Shown here: piece after piece, positions 52,548 through 64,000 of the stretch
Numbering within the stretch: the stretch's first letter is position 1
Layout: each line of letters begins with the position of its first letter
Assembly: GCA_003427395.1 (NCBI GenBank)
Contig: BFEA01000032.1
Coordinates: forward strand, 3,093,454 to 3,157,453
Reading direction: 5' to 3'
Origin: Chara braunii
Taxonomy: Eukaryota > Plantae > Charophyceae
DNA: 64,000 nt
Notes under the pieces: generated by a model
Seen by the model: only the letters and a program-made list of their open reading frames with translations
What the model was told of the DNA's origin: nothing
Databases searched by the model: none
Position numbers and translations under genes: made by a program

Positions 52548-52832
52548 CAGGGCTGCACCGGCCACTGGCCGGTTGGACCGGACCGGACCCATGGGCCGGT
52601 TGGCCGGCCCAACCGGAAATCCGGTTGGGCCCAAAACCAGGTCGATTTTTTTTTATTATTTTTTTTTGGTGATGGAGTTGGACTGCGCTTGTCGAGATCT
52701 CCCCGAATCCGCAGAGAAAAGATAGATGTGCAATTTTTTTTGTCATGGGGGGTGGGGGTGGGGGGCGGCAGGTGTTGTGGGGGTGTTGGTGGGGTGGTTG
52801 CAGCGTACCTGTCCTCCCGCGCGCGCCCCCGC

Positions 52833-52903
<71 letters not shown>

Positions 52904-52904
52904 N

Positions 52905-52976
<72 letters not shown>

Positions 52977-53744
52977 TTCTGCGCGCCCACTAGTTTCCAC
53001 ACACACACTTACCCCAGCGCGCCCATTTCATTCGCAAACTTCTCCTCTGCCAGAAGAAGAAGAAGAAGAAGAAGAAGAAGAAGAAGAAGAAGAAATGGAA
53101 GAAATGGAAGAAATGGAAGAAATGGAAGAAGAAGAAGAAGAAATGGAAGAAATGGAAGAAATGGAAGAAATGGAAGAAATGGAAGAAGAAGAAGATAGCA
53201 AGAAGAAGAAGAAGATGGTATAGACTTACCTTTACTGATGGACGGCAGGGCGGGGGGATGGCGATCCGAGACCGGGGCGGATGTGGGAGGGGGGCGACGC
53301 AGTCTCAACCGCGTTCACTTTCGACGAAGTGTCGAAGTGACGGGTTGTGCTGCTCGAAAGCAGCTGGAGGCGGGAGGCTGGGTGGTGGGATCGGTTGCTG
53401 GGGCACGTTCGGATCGCCAAGAACATCGGGTGGTTTCCCGCCCGAATGTTCAAAAACTGGCGGCCTATCTGGGCTGCAGATCTCACCAGATTGACGGCCC
53501 AGATAGGCCGCCAGTTTTTCAAATTTCTGGCGGGCCTCCCGGACCTGGTTTTATTATTTTTGGGACCGGGAGGCCTCCACGACCAGCATGGAGGCCTCCC
53601 GGCCCCAAAAAAAATTGAAACCCCCCCGCGATCGAGCTGCGCAAAATTCCACCGGGGGGGAACCGGCGCAGTCCACCAGCCGGTACCACTGGCCCGGTTC
53701 CGGTGGGGGAAGGAGGGCCCGGTGGGACCGGAAATTCAGCCTTG
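52548..53744. mobile_element. hAT-type MITE 4 containing (CT)n and (GAA)n / GAAATGGAA repeats
   Basis: Ends CAGGGCTG / CAGCCTTG; CCGG subterminal arrays. GGTCCTAT occurs at 52535-52542 and 53745-53752, the left copy offset 5 bp from the TIR. Confidence 0.65.
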
Positions 53745-53757
53745 GGTCCTATTCAAT

Positions 53758-54205
53758 AAAATTACTGAAAGCCAGTCAGTGTCTGTCTTGGCCATAATTT
53801 CCGACCTTGACGCTACCCAGCAGAACCCCCCAGAGGTATTGCTATGGTCTACAAAGTAGTATAAACTGAAAATACGGAGAATGGAATAAATTAGGAAAAT
53901 TCAAAATTACCATTTTCCATTCGTCCAAACATTTGGGACATTGAAAAGGCCTCGGCCCCCTGGCGCGTGACGAATGACGTGCGCAAATTACTGAAAACCA
54001 GTCAGTGTCTGTCTTGGCCATGATTTTCGACCTTCACGCTACCCAGCAGAACCCCCCAGAGGTATTCCTATGGTCAACGAAGTACTATAAACTGAAAACA
54101 CGGAGAAAAGAGTGGAATAAATTAGGAAAAATACCATTTTCCATTTGTCCAAACATTTGGGACATTGAAAAGGCCTCGGCCCCCTGGCGCGTGATGAATG
54201 ACGAG
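53758..54205. repeat. Diverged tandem duplication of about 227 bp
   Basis: AAATTACTGAAA...GAATGACG starts at 53758 and at 53985. Confidence 0.9.
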
Positions 54206-55058
54206 CGTTCCCCCCACAGGGGCCCTCCCTTGATTCCGAAATCAATTCTGAACTTGAAGTAGCAAAATGGGCAGTGTATGTGATGTGTGCTGATGGATAG
54301 GTAGGCAGACCAGTGAATGGCACCTTGAAGCAACTCCAGTGCGAGCACCGGTTAATGTCGCATGATGTTAGCAGCTGTCCTCTGTGTGCATGCCCTAGCG
54401 AAGTGGGCAGACGTGTATATCTTCGATTCGATATTGCATGTGGCACCAGCCAGTCATCAATGCAGAAATGATAGCAAATCCATCCATCATTCTTCTCTGA
54501 AAGGCCCACAGTTGAAGCTTAGATTCCTATTTCAAGTGACTAAAGGGGCCCACAGCACTGACAGAGTCTTCCCCCCCTTTTTTTTACATGGCCCCTATTC
54601 CAGGCAAGATTCATCAGAGAAGCCCTCTGCACATCCATCTGCTCAGACAAGCTAGATGGGCAGACCAGACCCAGAAGGTGTAGCTCATAACTTCAGGTAT
54701 TTGACCTTCAATTTCTTCAAACTTCAAACCAGCTTCTTGTTTGTTTATGTAGTTTTTAACTTTTTTTTTTAACTCTTTTTCTTCTTTTTTTGAACACACA
54801 GGTTGCAGGTCTGTTAGAGGTAGCGATAAGAGCAACCCCCTCTAGCACAACATATTCAGCTGTTGAATTTCTGGCTTTTTGAATGGAACGAGGGGCCCAA
54901 TCTTCAATGAGAACCAATCAGGAAGTCAAACAGCTTGCGATAAAGAGAGAAATGCTTTCTGTGAATCTCTATCTTCTCCTCCTCGACTCCTGAACTTGTC
55001 TTGTGTAAGAAGAATCTCTTAGCCCAGCAGATAAATTCAGAGCACAACATTCAGCATG

Positions 55059-55325
55059 TAAGTCATCTCCCAGATGTCTCTTCTCATCTCCTAACACCCT
55101 CCTACCTACCTTNNNNNNNNNNNNNNNNNNNNNNNNNNNNNNNNNNNNNNNNNNNNNNNNNNNNNNNNNNNNNNNNNNNNNNNNNNNNNNNNNNNNNAAG
55201 TCATCTCCCAGATGTCTCTTCTCATCTCCTAACACCATCCTACCTACCTTACCCTATCCTCCTGTCCTTCCAGATGTCTCTTCTCCTCTCCTAACACCCT
55301 CCTAGCTTATCCTATCCTCCTGTCC
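55059..55325. repeat. Pyrimidine-rich minisatellite of about 50-60 bp spanning gap 55113-55197
   Basis: Repeated CCAGATGTCTCTTCTCATCTCCTAACACC. Confidence 0.85.
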
Positions 55326-56098
55326 AATTCATGGTGCAACACAACTTTGAGACAATTCCACTCATCACAGCTGAAAAGAAGTGGAATGAGACCAGGAGAG
55401 AAGAAGAATGAAGAAAAGGAGAAGAAGACATCGGATTGAACCAATGCCATCTCCCTCCTCCTCTCACCATCAACATCTGCATCACAAGGAAACTGACATG
55501 TCCAACTGCAAGTAAATGCCCAATTTAAAATCACAATCAACTCTCCTGACCAGCGTTCATAGGGCGGCAAGGCAATTGGCAGAAACGGCAAAGCAATGAT
55601 CACCACAGCACGCGAATCAACAATGCTGCAGTTTCTTTATCCCTCTTCTTGCCTCCCAACAAGAATTATAATTCTCTGCTCTCGCTGGTCTCCCTACCAG
55701 CGCACAGACAAACATACCATATGCCATATGGCACGTCCTTGCACAACATAAAGCCGAATTGTGCACTGCACAGCGCACCCACACAGGCCACCATACCAAA
55801 TATCCTGGCAGCGCACCTAAATAGATAAACAGGCACCTTAGCTTGCAATTTTTCCAGACATGTCAAACCTGAAAGGAAGGAGATGCGGTGCCTTTTTCTA
55901 TGTTTTTATGGGAATTTACTTGGTGCTTATGTCCTGAAATGACAAGTGTGCAAGCCTGCACCAATTGGTCACAAGGGCCCCACACTGAGCTGTTCTTTCC
56001 ACGTCAACTTTTTGTGCACGTTTCCTAAGCAACCAGCGCCAACCACACAATTCTAATGCAATTTCATGGCTACTGAAGAAGTCAATCTTGGTACTTAC

Positions 56099-56148
56099 GT
56101 GGAGCGAATGTATAATCCCACTGATAACAGCGCTAGGACAAACTCCAC
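56099..56148 (-). CDS. Host exon encoding an S1-like helix of a voltage-sensor domain
   Basis: TTTTTGACAG acceptor and AC|GTAAGT donor. Encodes VEFVLALLSVGLYIRS(T); its phase-2 end matches the exon at 39755. Confidence 0.7.
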
Positions 56149-56696
56149 CTGTCAAAAATTATAAAGGAAACACATCACAGCACCAGTGCCCACAACCAAC
56201 AACAAGGGCTCAGAGAGACCCACTCGAGTTACCTGATTTGGACGCTTGCCCCCAGATATAGGAAACTGTTACGATTTGCAAGATACTCAAATATTTGCAT
56301 TCGTCATCACACTGATTGAGATGAAATCACACTTGATTAGAAGCTTGCTGAAAATTCGAAATTGAACATGCTCACTTGGCTACTTCATATAACACAGAAA
56401 TTTGTCTCAGCAAGGAATCAGCTTCAGTCGAAACAGGAAATGATCCAGTAGGCTGCCAGAACTGCCTGGCTATGCCCTACAGAGAACGCTGCTTCTCCTT
56501 TTTCCACTCCAGCAAATTTGCAGAGTGAAATTTTGATGAACTACAGCTGCCCGGCTTGTCATTTTTGGTGAGCTGGGTCCCAGCCTAGAGCTACAGAGCC
56601 TCTCTATTGCAAAGACCTAGAACTACAGGTCTGGAGGGGCTTAAACCACAATGACAAGACTTAAGGCCCCTGCCATGCAAGATTTCTTCATGCCTC

Positions 56697-57175
56697 ACTC
56701 CTAGAATTTCGGAGGCTCTGGGCTAACAAAACCACAATGGCTGGTGGCGCCAGCCACAAAAGAAAAAAGTCTGCCGCTGGCGCTTCAGCAAAACCTGTCA
56801 TGCAGTGCATCGCTGCCATTCCCGGGTGTACTGGTGGTTTAAGGGGTCCAGTGCTCGATGATGTTTGGCTTTCTCAGTATGCCGTTGGATCATCGTACGC
56901 TTTAGCATAGATTGGTTATAGAGTCTTGTGAGGTTTGTCTTGTTATCTATAAGTCTGGGTATGCTATACTATGTTAAATTCTTATATAGAACCGGTGGTA
57001 TTTAGACAATATCTTTGGTACGAATCCAGAGATATTTCCTCTTTACACCCGGGCCTGGCGGCGCTACACTGCACGCCAAGCTTTGCCAAACTGCCAGCGG
57101 CCCACTTTGTCTTTTTGGGCTGGCATCGCCAGCCAATGTGGTCTGGTAGCCCTGAGCCTCCCAAATTTTAGGAGT
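56697..57175. repeat. Imperfect inverted repeat with arms of about 133 bp
   Basis: 56697-56830 aligns to the reverse complement of 57044-57175. Confidence 0.8.
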
Positions 57176-57399
57176 ATGCGGTCATGTGGCTACAGAGGCA
57201 AGTTGCCACCTTCCTATGGACGGGCAATCACGAGCTCCCCAACCACCGACCACAGGGCTCAGGTGATGGTTGGAGGAGGGGGTGGCGGACTTGCACTTTG
57301 TGGTCAAGGGAGGTTTCCTCTACACCCAGGGTTAGAGGAGGGACATCCCTAGAAGCAAATGAACCTGTAGGAGTCCCAGTGGCAGCAACGCCAGGACAA

Positions 57400-60300
57400 C
57401 CAACAGTGTTTCAGGAGTGGTAAGGAAGGGCACATCATTCCCTTCTACCCACTGTGGAACCACCCAACACCGCAGCCACAGCAAGGGTAGCAACAGTCAA
57501 AAGGGAATGGCTATTAGAAATAGAGAAGAGGCACACACAGGAGAGAACCCTTCCCACTCATAAGCCAAGGTAGAGGTTGATGTAGCCACCAGCTTGGATA
57601 GATGACTAGACGTTGCTTGTTGTGGGATCTCTTTGAGTGTTCTCCCCGACAAACATAGGCGAAGAACTGATCCCCTTTTCGCGAGGGCTAGTCTACGAAA
57701 AAAAAAGACACCAGACTTCGTGATGGAAGACGTAGAGGTTTGTAAGAGGAGAATAGGCGCTGTGATAGATGGCGGGGCCACCTGGAGTAATATCTCCCAA
57801 AGAGCAATCAAAATGCCCCTAGACATGAACTAGAAGAGTCAGTAGTCCCTAGAATGACTCGAATGAGCGTGGGGTAGTACTCAGAGGCAGTGAAGGCATA
57901 CTTACAGTTGGAGGATGGAGAAAAAATACAGAGAGTGTTGCACTCTTTGACCTTCCTGTGGAAGATGACATACCCCTGGTTATGGTTCTACGCATGGATG
58001 CGGGAATGACAGCGAAAGCAGATGTGAGGATGGGAGAAGTTGGTTGCTGCTTTGCCCATCCAAGAAGAACAGGACAAGAAGAAAAAAAAAACGCCATGGG
58101 CATTCCTAGGACGACCAGAGGTGGCAGTCAGGACGACACTGGTTGGAGCTGGGGCGGGTCAGCTACCCTGTAACCTAACAGGTCAGGGGTGTGAGGCCTG
58201 GAAGAGACCTGGCAGGGAACAAGACAGCTTCGGTGGGTTTTGGTTTCATCGGTTAGGTAATTCTTGGGTTTCCGGGTATTCAGATGACATTTGTGGATTG
58301 TAGAATGCTTTTAACTATCTCAGAACAATCAGTAGCTTTCTCTTCATCCCCCATGAGTACTCAGTGGTATTCTCATGAACATTTATGCCATTCTCAGCCA
58401 AAGTCAAGTAATGGCCCCGGTATCTCATTTGTTTTGTATATATCTCATATGGGATGCTGAGCCTGGTTCCCAGCGTGTGCTGCTCCCCACAAATAGATTG
58501 GAGCACTGCCACACCCTGCCTTCCCCCCAAAAAACGTTGTCCTTCTCTGTGTTGTATGAGCACACCCACGTTGTCTAGATACATGGTTAAGAACAAGTTA
58601 GTAGATCAGGTCTACCTGGTGTATGTAAAACCTGAGAAGAGGTAGAAAGCAAAGGACGGGAAGCCAAGAGAAGAAACAGAGTCACTGTCAACCCAAGTCA
58701 AGAAGTTGTTAAGAGAAAATTGCAAATGTGCAAGAGGAACCAAGGGGAATAGTAGAGATGAGAGTCTGATGCGCCTCCATATTGAGACAGAGCCAAGCCG
58801 CAGTAGGTACTCAACTCACCGGGCCTGATTTTTCTCCTCGAACTTCTCTTTCAAGGCCCTAAAGAACGTCCGTATATCCGTCTGTCGCGAATATGCCACC
58901 ATGGTTTCGCAACCCGCACTTCTCTTTAGAGACAAAGCAAAGTTTGTGGCATCTCCCCCTAGGAACGAGCTCGCCATCAACACCTTGTCAAAGTGGGGGA
59001 TTAAGATGGCACGGCACAAACCAACTAGAGTTAAGGAAGTAGATTCAGGGGTTAGTAGATAAGGGGTGGATTAAGCCCAGTTCATCGCTCTATGGGTCGC
59101 CTGTTTTGTTTGTACCTAAGAGAGAAGGGGAACTTTGACTATGTACAGTTATAAGGTCTAAATGTGATACCAGTGAACAATGCAGAACAGTTACCCCTCC
59201 TATATGAACTGGTAGATAGGTTCTCTAAGATAGATTTTTTGGCGTTAGGATATAGATAGGTTCTCTAAGATATATTTTTTGGAGTTAGGATGCAATGACC
59301 CTACCATCAAATTGCAATGACCCTCGAAGATCAGCACAAGACCGTATTTAGAACTAGATATGGTCGCTACGAGTTCAATGTGATGTCCGACTAACACCCA
59401 TGCCACTCCTCCAGTGCTGCATGGACCCCATGCTTAGAGACTCGCTTACCAACGCCCCTGCTACTTCTCCGGTGCTGCATGGACCCCATGCTTAGAGACT
59501 CGCTTACCAAGGTGAAGTCCATTGTGGCCCGTTTGGGAGGGCTGCACTTCAGGGGGCTACTTCTGAGGCCAATAAGGCCAAGAAACAGTAGACCGACTAG
59601 GCTGTTACAACAGGATTGGATCACATATTTAAAGGCTTGGAGGAGAGGTTCGCCGATTCAGAGAGAGCCAAGAAAGTTGCTGCACAGCTTATGAGGATAA
59701 GCCAGTCACAATGGTAGGGATCCCTCTCCAAGCTCCTCTCCAAGCTCTATGCAGTTTGGGAAAGACTAACCTCTTCCCCTGGGTTATCGTTGCCAAGTAT
59801 ATTTAGATGACCTTCTAGTTCTCAGTAAGACCTTAGAAGAATACGAGGAGCACCTATTCAAGGTCATGACTAAGCTTAGAGAAAACAAGTTCAGGTGAAT
59901 CCAAAGAAGTGTGAGTGGCTGAAGAGTTGTGTGCTGTACCTCCGTCATGTCCTAGATGGAGATGGGGTGGAAGCAAATTTAGATGGCAGACCTTAGAAGA
60001 ATACGACGAGCACCTATGCAAGGTCCTCACTAAGCGTGGAGAAAACAAATTCACGGTCAATCCAAAGAAGTGTGAGAGGGTGAAGAGTCGTGTGTTGTAT
60101 GTCGGTCATGGGGTATCGTCAGAACCAGGCCCCAAAGATAGTAAGATTGTAACCATTAGAGATAGGTCGAAGCCCAAGAACCTCACAAAGTTGTGCTCAT
60201 TCCTACGACTGGCGAACTGTTATAGAAACTCGTTAGAAACTTCACTACACACAAAGTTCGCAAGCTGCTAAAGAATGAAGCCTTAGGAACGTGGCAACAT

Positions 60301-62560
60301 CAACTCCTAGGAAGACACTTCAAAGTCTACTCAGATCATGAAACCCCATGCTGGTTAAAGATGCAGGTCCAAATGTTTACGAATATCACTAAAGATCACT
60401 AGATGGGTTAGAAAGATAGACGAATTTGACTCTGACTCGAAACCAGTTAAAGGGAAGTACAATGTCACCGCTGATGCACTACCAAGAAGAGAAGATTTCT
60501 TTGGAAGCATTACCACCTACATGGATGCAAGAAGGAACCTGCAACAGAAGATTAGAGATGCCAACAAAATACACCCCATCTATATAAGGACATTATAGCA
60601 CAAGGGAGAAGCCGCATGAATGGCCTGAGTATATGGTCGTCGACGGATTGTTGTTCCTCACCGCCAATGGTAAAGACAGACTATGTATCCCCGCTAGTGA
60701 AGAAATCGAGAGCATCATAGGCAAAGCTCAGGAAACAGAGGGATATTTCGATTGAAGGAAGACCTATGCTAGCTTACTGCGTTCCTGCACATGGCCAGGA
60801 ATGAGATCTGGATGCATTAGATAAGTAGCCGAGTGTGAAGTATGCCAAAGGTAGAAGAGTATGATACAGGCCCCACCAGGACTGCTAAGACCATTACCTA
60901 TGTCCTCTAAGCCTGCAGCATCAATATCAACAGACTTTATGGGCACTACAGTCAAAAACAGAAATGAGCCAAGTTATGGTCATTGTAGACAGGTTGAGCA
61001 AATATGCACAATTTTGTTCCTTTTGCCAGTAGAAGCCAGAACAAGCTAAGTAATCCGTAAGTTCTTCACGCACTGGGGCGAGGATAACGGACATTCGGCA
61101 ACAACTCATGACAATGTATGGATCACATTTGACCATGTTTTCAGTCAAACACCCCAAGACTAATGGTAAAACAGAACAGATGAACAAGTTGCTGTAGCAA
61201 ACCCGGCGCACGTATATTAGACCGGATCAAATAGACTAGGAGGAATACCTGCCAAAGATAGCCAATGTGTACAGTAACCTATTACACGTGTCCAATAGCA
61301 GGACACCCAATGAGTTGCATATCAGACTTACAGACTCTACGAATCCTGATCAGATTCAAAGGGCTACCGCCCGACAGTCGTGAGTTTGTGCTGAAGTATG
61401 ATAAAGACCTACAGACAATAACCAAAAACACTAGACACACCCAGTTGAGATGGTAGAGCAAGCTAATAAGCATCACAGACCTTCATGGTTCGCAAGAGGC
61501 GATCTAGTATGGGTGAAGTCTAATGAATTTGCGCCTGAAGAAGGGAGTTCTCAGAAACTGCTACGGGCATACAGAGGACCATCAGAAGTTCTTGATGTCA
61601 AAGGAGATGCTGACGGACCGTCCTACATAGTAGATGACAACTAGATGTCCATTTACACCTACACGCTTATCAGTCTTCCATGCCTCAAAGTCATTGCCTG
61701 TTAACTCGGGAACGTCCTTTCCTTCACGCAGATCAACAATTCCGCCTGACACGGATGGCAGCCACAACATTGATCGCATAGTGGATCAGGCTGAACTTCA
61801 AACCAATAGGATCGTCAGGCGACCCAGTCAACAGCTCAAGAGTAAAATGGCAGTACCAAGACCTGGAAGAGGATAGGTGGTTCCCCAAGAAACAACTCCA
61901 TGACACTGCACCCTGTGTTGTCTCAAATTACTAACAAGCACGTAGGGGAATACGTCAGTTTGATAGGTAAAAGAATGATTTTTCTTGAAGCACCTCAAAA
62001 TTGGGCCGGCGGGAGTATAAGGATTCATGCATCTCACAGTCTGGTTCCGGTACCAAGTCCCAATTTAACCCTGTACTATAGACCCCTCGATAAGCTGCAT
62101 CAGAAAGATTCCCGGACGCACCGCTGGCCGTACAAAACGAGGTAGCCAAATTGCAGACTGTGAAACCTATGCTTTTCTGAGTTTTTGCCACTGTTCTGTG
62201 CTTGCAGGTTTCCTGCTGCCTAAGTCCATGTGTGAGTGTGCAAATTGGTGTGTGTTGAGGCCTACGGGCCTGGTACGAACCCTGTGCCATGCCTGGACTT
62301 TTGCAACGTGCAGCTTAGAGGGGAAAGTAGGCAGCAGCCAAAATCAAGTAGCAGCTGGCAGCAGGCAGAAAAGGAGAACAAGGTAGTACTTTTGGGGTAG
62401 GACGAAGTAATGTCTAGAAGTCTGGTAGGTCTGGGGGTGGGTACCGGCCTGAAAGTGCCAAAGTCTAGGGTCTGGAGGGGAGACACCAGACTGCAATGAC
62501 GTTCCTGCCAAAAAGGAAGGGAACTGGTAGGCCCTGGAGCCCGCCACTGTTATCTAGAGT
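57400..62560 (+). mobile_element. Heavily degraded and rearranged Ty3/gypsy element
   Basis: Protease-like AVIDGGAT (about 57760), RT remnants (59020-60250), integrase SISTDFMG, GPSY and VFHASK. Internal duplications at 59411/59469 and 59828/59988. Confidence 0.75.
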
Positions 62561-62646
62561 GAAAGCAGCCCCAAATACAGGAATGACGATGGGAAAAGAT
62601 GGTAGTAGGCTACTAGTTATGGTTGTATGATTGGAATCGTGGTAGA

Positions 62647-62750
62647 TTTTTTATTTTATTTTCTTTGGGACCATTTCTCGGTTTCTTGCGTGTCATCCTT
62701 GCACAGGGGCCATGCTAATCCTCTCTGTATCTTTCCAATTTTAATGGACA
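62647..62750 (-). pseudogene. U6: 5'-truncated retroposed U6 snRNA copy with an A-rich tail
   Basis: Minus strand reads AAAATTGGAAAGATACAGAGAGGATTAGCATGGCCCCTGTGCAAGGATGACACGCAAGAAACCGAGAAATGGTCC. Candidate TSD GTAGATTTT / GTAGAATTT. Confidence 0.92.
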
Positions 62751-62759
62751 GTAGAATTT

Positions 62760-62860
62760 GTCCTCCAGTACATCCACTGGAATTGGAACACTACAGAGAA
62801 GATTACTGTGCGGCAGTGTGGCCCCTGTGCAACAGGCATAAATCGAGAAATGGTTGAAAT
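62760..62860 (+). pseudogene. U6: Degenerate near full-length U6 snRNA copy
   Basis: GTCC..ACATCC..AATTGGAAC..TACAGAGAAGATTA..TGGCCCCTGTGCAA..GCATAAATCGAGAAATGG, with a 10-nt insertion and a small deletion. No TATA box or USE upstream. Confidence 0.85.
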
Positions 62861-63147
62861 AATGAAATTGTTTATTAAGAAAAGAACTTCGTCATTTTTT
62901 TTATTTGTGCAAAAAGGAGTGAGTGACTCGTGGTGAAGTCCATACTCAGGACCGTCAGAGACCATCAGAGTTTTGGCGAACCTCCATCAAAGACTCAGAA
63001 TTTTCATGAATATTCATGGATGACTGACATTCTCCTCACCTCCCCATCAGTCAGTTGGAGAAAGCCAACCAAATACTTGCTGGCTGGACTCCGTCTTTTC
63101 ACCCACATCTTTCATCTGCTCTTCCGTTTTACGCTCAACTTAAGTGA

Positions 63148-63872
63148 TGTTGTGATCCTGGCCTATTTCAAAGTACACCATCAGAAAGTACAATGCCGTC
63201 CAATTGCAAAAAGAAATGAATGAACTTGAGAGGAGAGAGAGGGAAAGAAGAAGAAGAAGAAAGAAAGAAGAAGAAGAAAGAAAGAAGAAGAAGAAAGAAA
63301 GAAGAAGAAGAAGAAGAAGAAAGAAAGAAGAAGAAGAAAGAAAGAAGAAGAAGAAGAAGAAAGAAAGAAGAAGAAGATGATGTACACCAGCATAGACCAA
63401 TGATAATGCTCTTCTTCTTCGCCAACCACTCTTCCTCATACAAGAAATAATAATATTAATGTTGAATGGCTGAACCAGAATCAATGCCCAAATCCCTCTT
63501 CTACTGCAGGTATCACATGAGGTCCACCATAGCCATGGCCACCCTTCTTCCTCCCTCCTCCAAGGCCAAGGCTATGGAGGACTACCAGGGCATCGCACTG
63601 CTGTGCAAAGGACAACACAAAGCAGCTATGGCTGCTCTATCTCAGGCCGCCATGCCTGACTTTGCCTCGAAGCTTCTTGGTGTAGCTCTTGTCTTCCTGC
63701 TGCAGCGCCCACCAAGGTGATGAACATTGCAACCACCATAGCCAGGTAAGTACCTCTGGCGCTCCCCCTTCCTAGTCCTGGTCTTCTTCCTCCTCCTGCT
63801 CTTTCCCCAGCAGCGCAGCTCTGCTAGCGCTGCTCCAGCCAGCGCTCCAACCAGTGTGTCGCCAAACTTGCA
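63148..63872 (-). mobile_element. LTR fragment of the same family as 49180-50761
   Basis: Same-orientation homology, including the (GAA)n tract and CCATAGCCAGGTAAGTAC. Confidence 0.75.
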
Positions 63873-63882
63873 AGGGGGGTAG

Positions 63883-64000
63883 TGTAATGACCTGCCAAAC
63901 AAGGACTGAGACACACAGCTGATTTCTGAGTTTTGCTCATGGAACGTATGCATTGCTGAGTTTCCCGCTTGTTGCTGAGTTTTCTAAGTCTGTGTGGGTG
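63883..64000 (+). mobile_element. Start of a related LTR in the opposite orientation, running off the window
   Basis: TGTAATGACCTGC..GACTGAGA..CTGATTTCTGAGTTTTGC matches the reverse complement of 50761-50690. Confidence 0.7.

Noticed and set aside
52503-53308. Low-complexity ORFs (SLSL, EEEE, RRRR); similar ones at 43131-43550 and 63140-63484
   Set aside because: Translations of microsatellites.
62760-62860. Functional U6 gene
   Set aside because: Catalytic region disrupted, and no upstream TATA/USE or clean oligo-T terminator.

Overview
This is repeat-saturated eukaryotic nuclear DNA with four N-gaps. It is most consistent with a charophyte green alga such as Chara (inference from the Ty3/gypsy Gag style and the mitochondrial nad1/tatC fragments). 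Most of the window is nested transposon debris: chromodomain-bearing Ty3/gypsy elements and LTRs, L1/Tx1-like LINEs (one near full length, one 5'-inverted, several 5'-truncated), 8-bp-TSD hAT-type MITEs, a candidate tRNA-derived SINE and microsatellites. Less obvious features: (1) two short minus-strand exons about 16 kb apart splice in frame into S1-S2 helices of a voltage-sensor domain, possibly a BK/Slo-like K+ channel, so much of the window may be intronic; (2) a ~200-nt structured RNA motif with compensatory changes ends five LINE copies from divergent families; (3) a Penelope-type minimal hammerhead ribozyme; (4) a chimeric nad1+tatC mitochondrial insertion inside a LINE; (5) a U6 retrocopy inserted head-to-head at the 5' end of another U6 pseudogene. 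All calls were made by eye; no searches were run.
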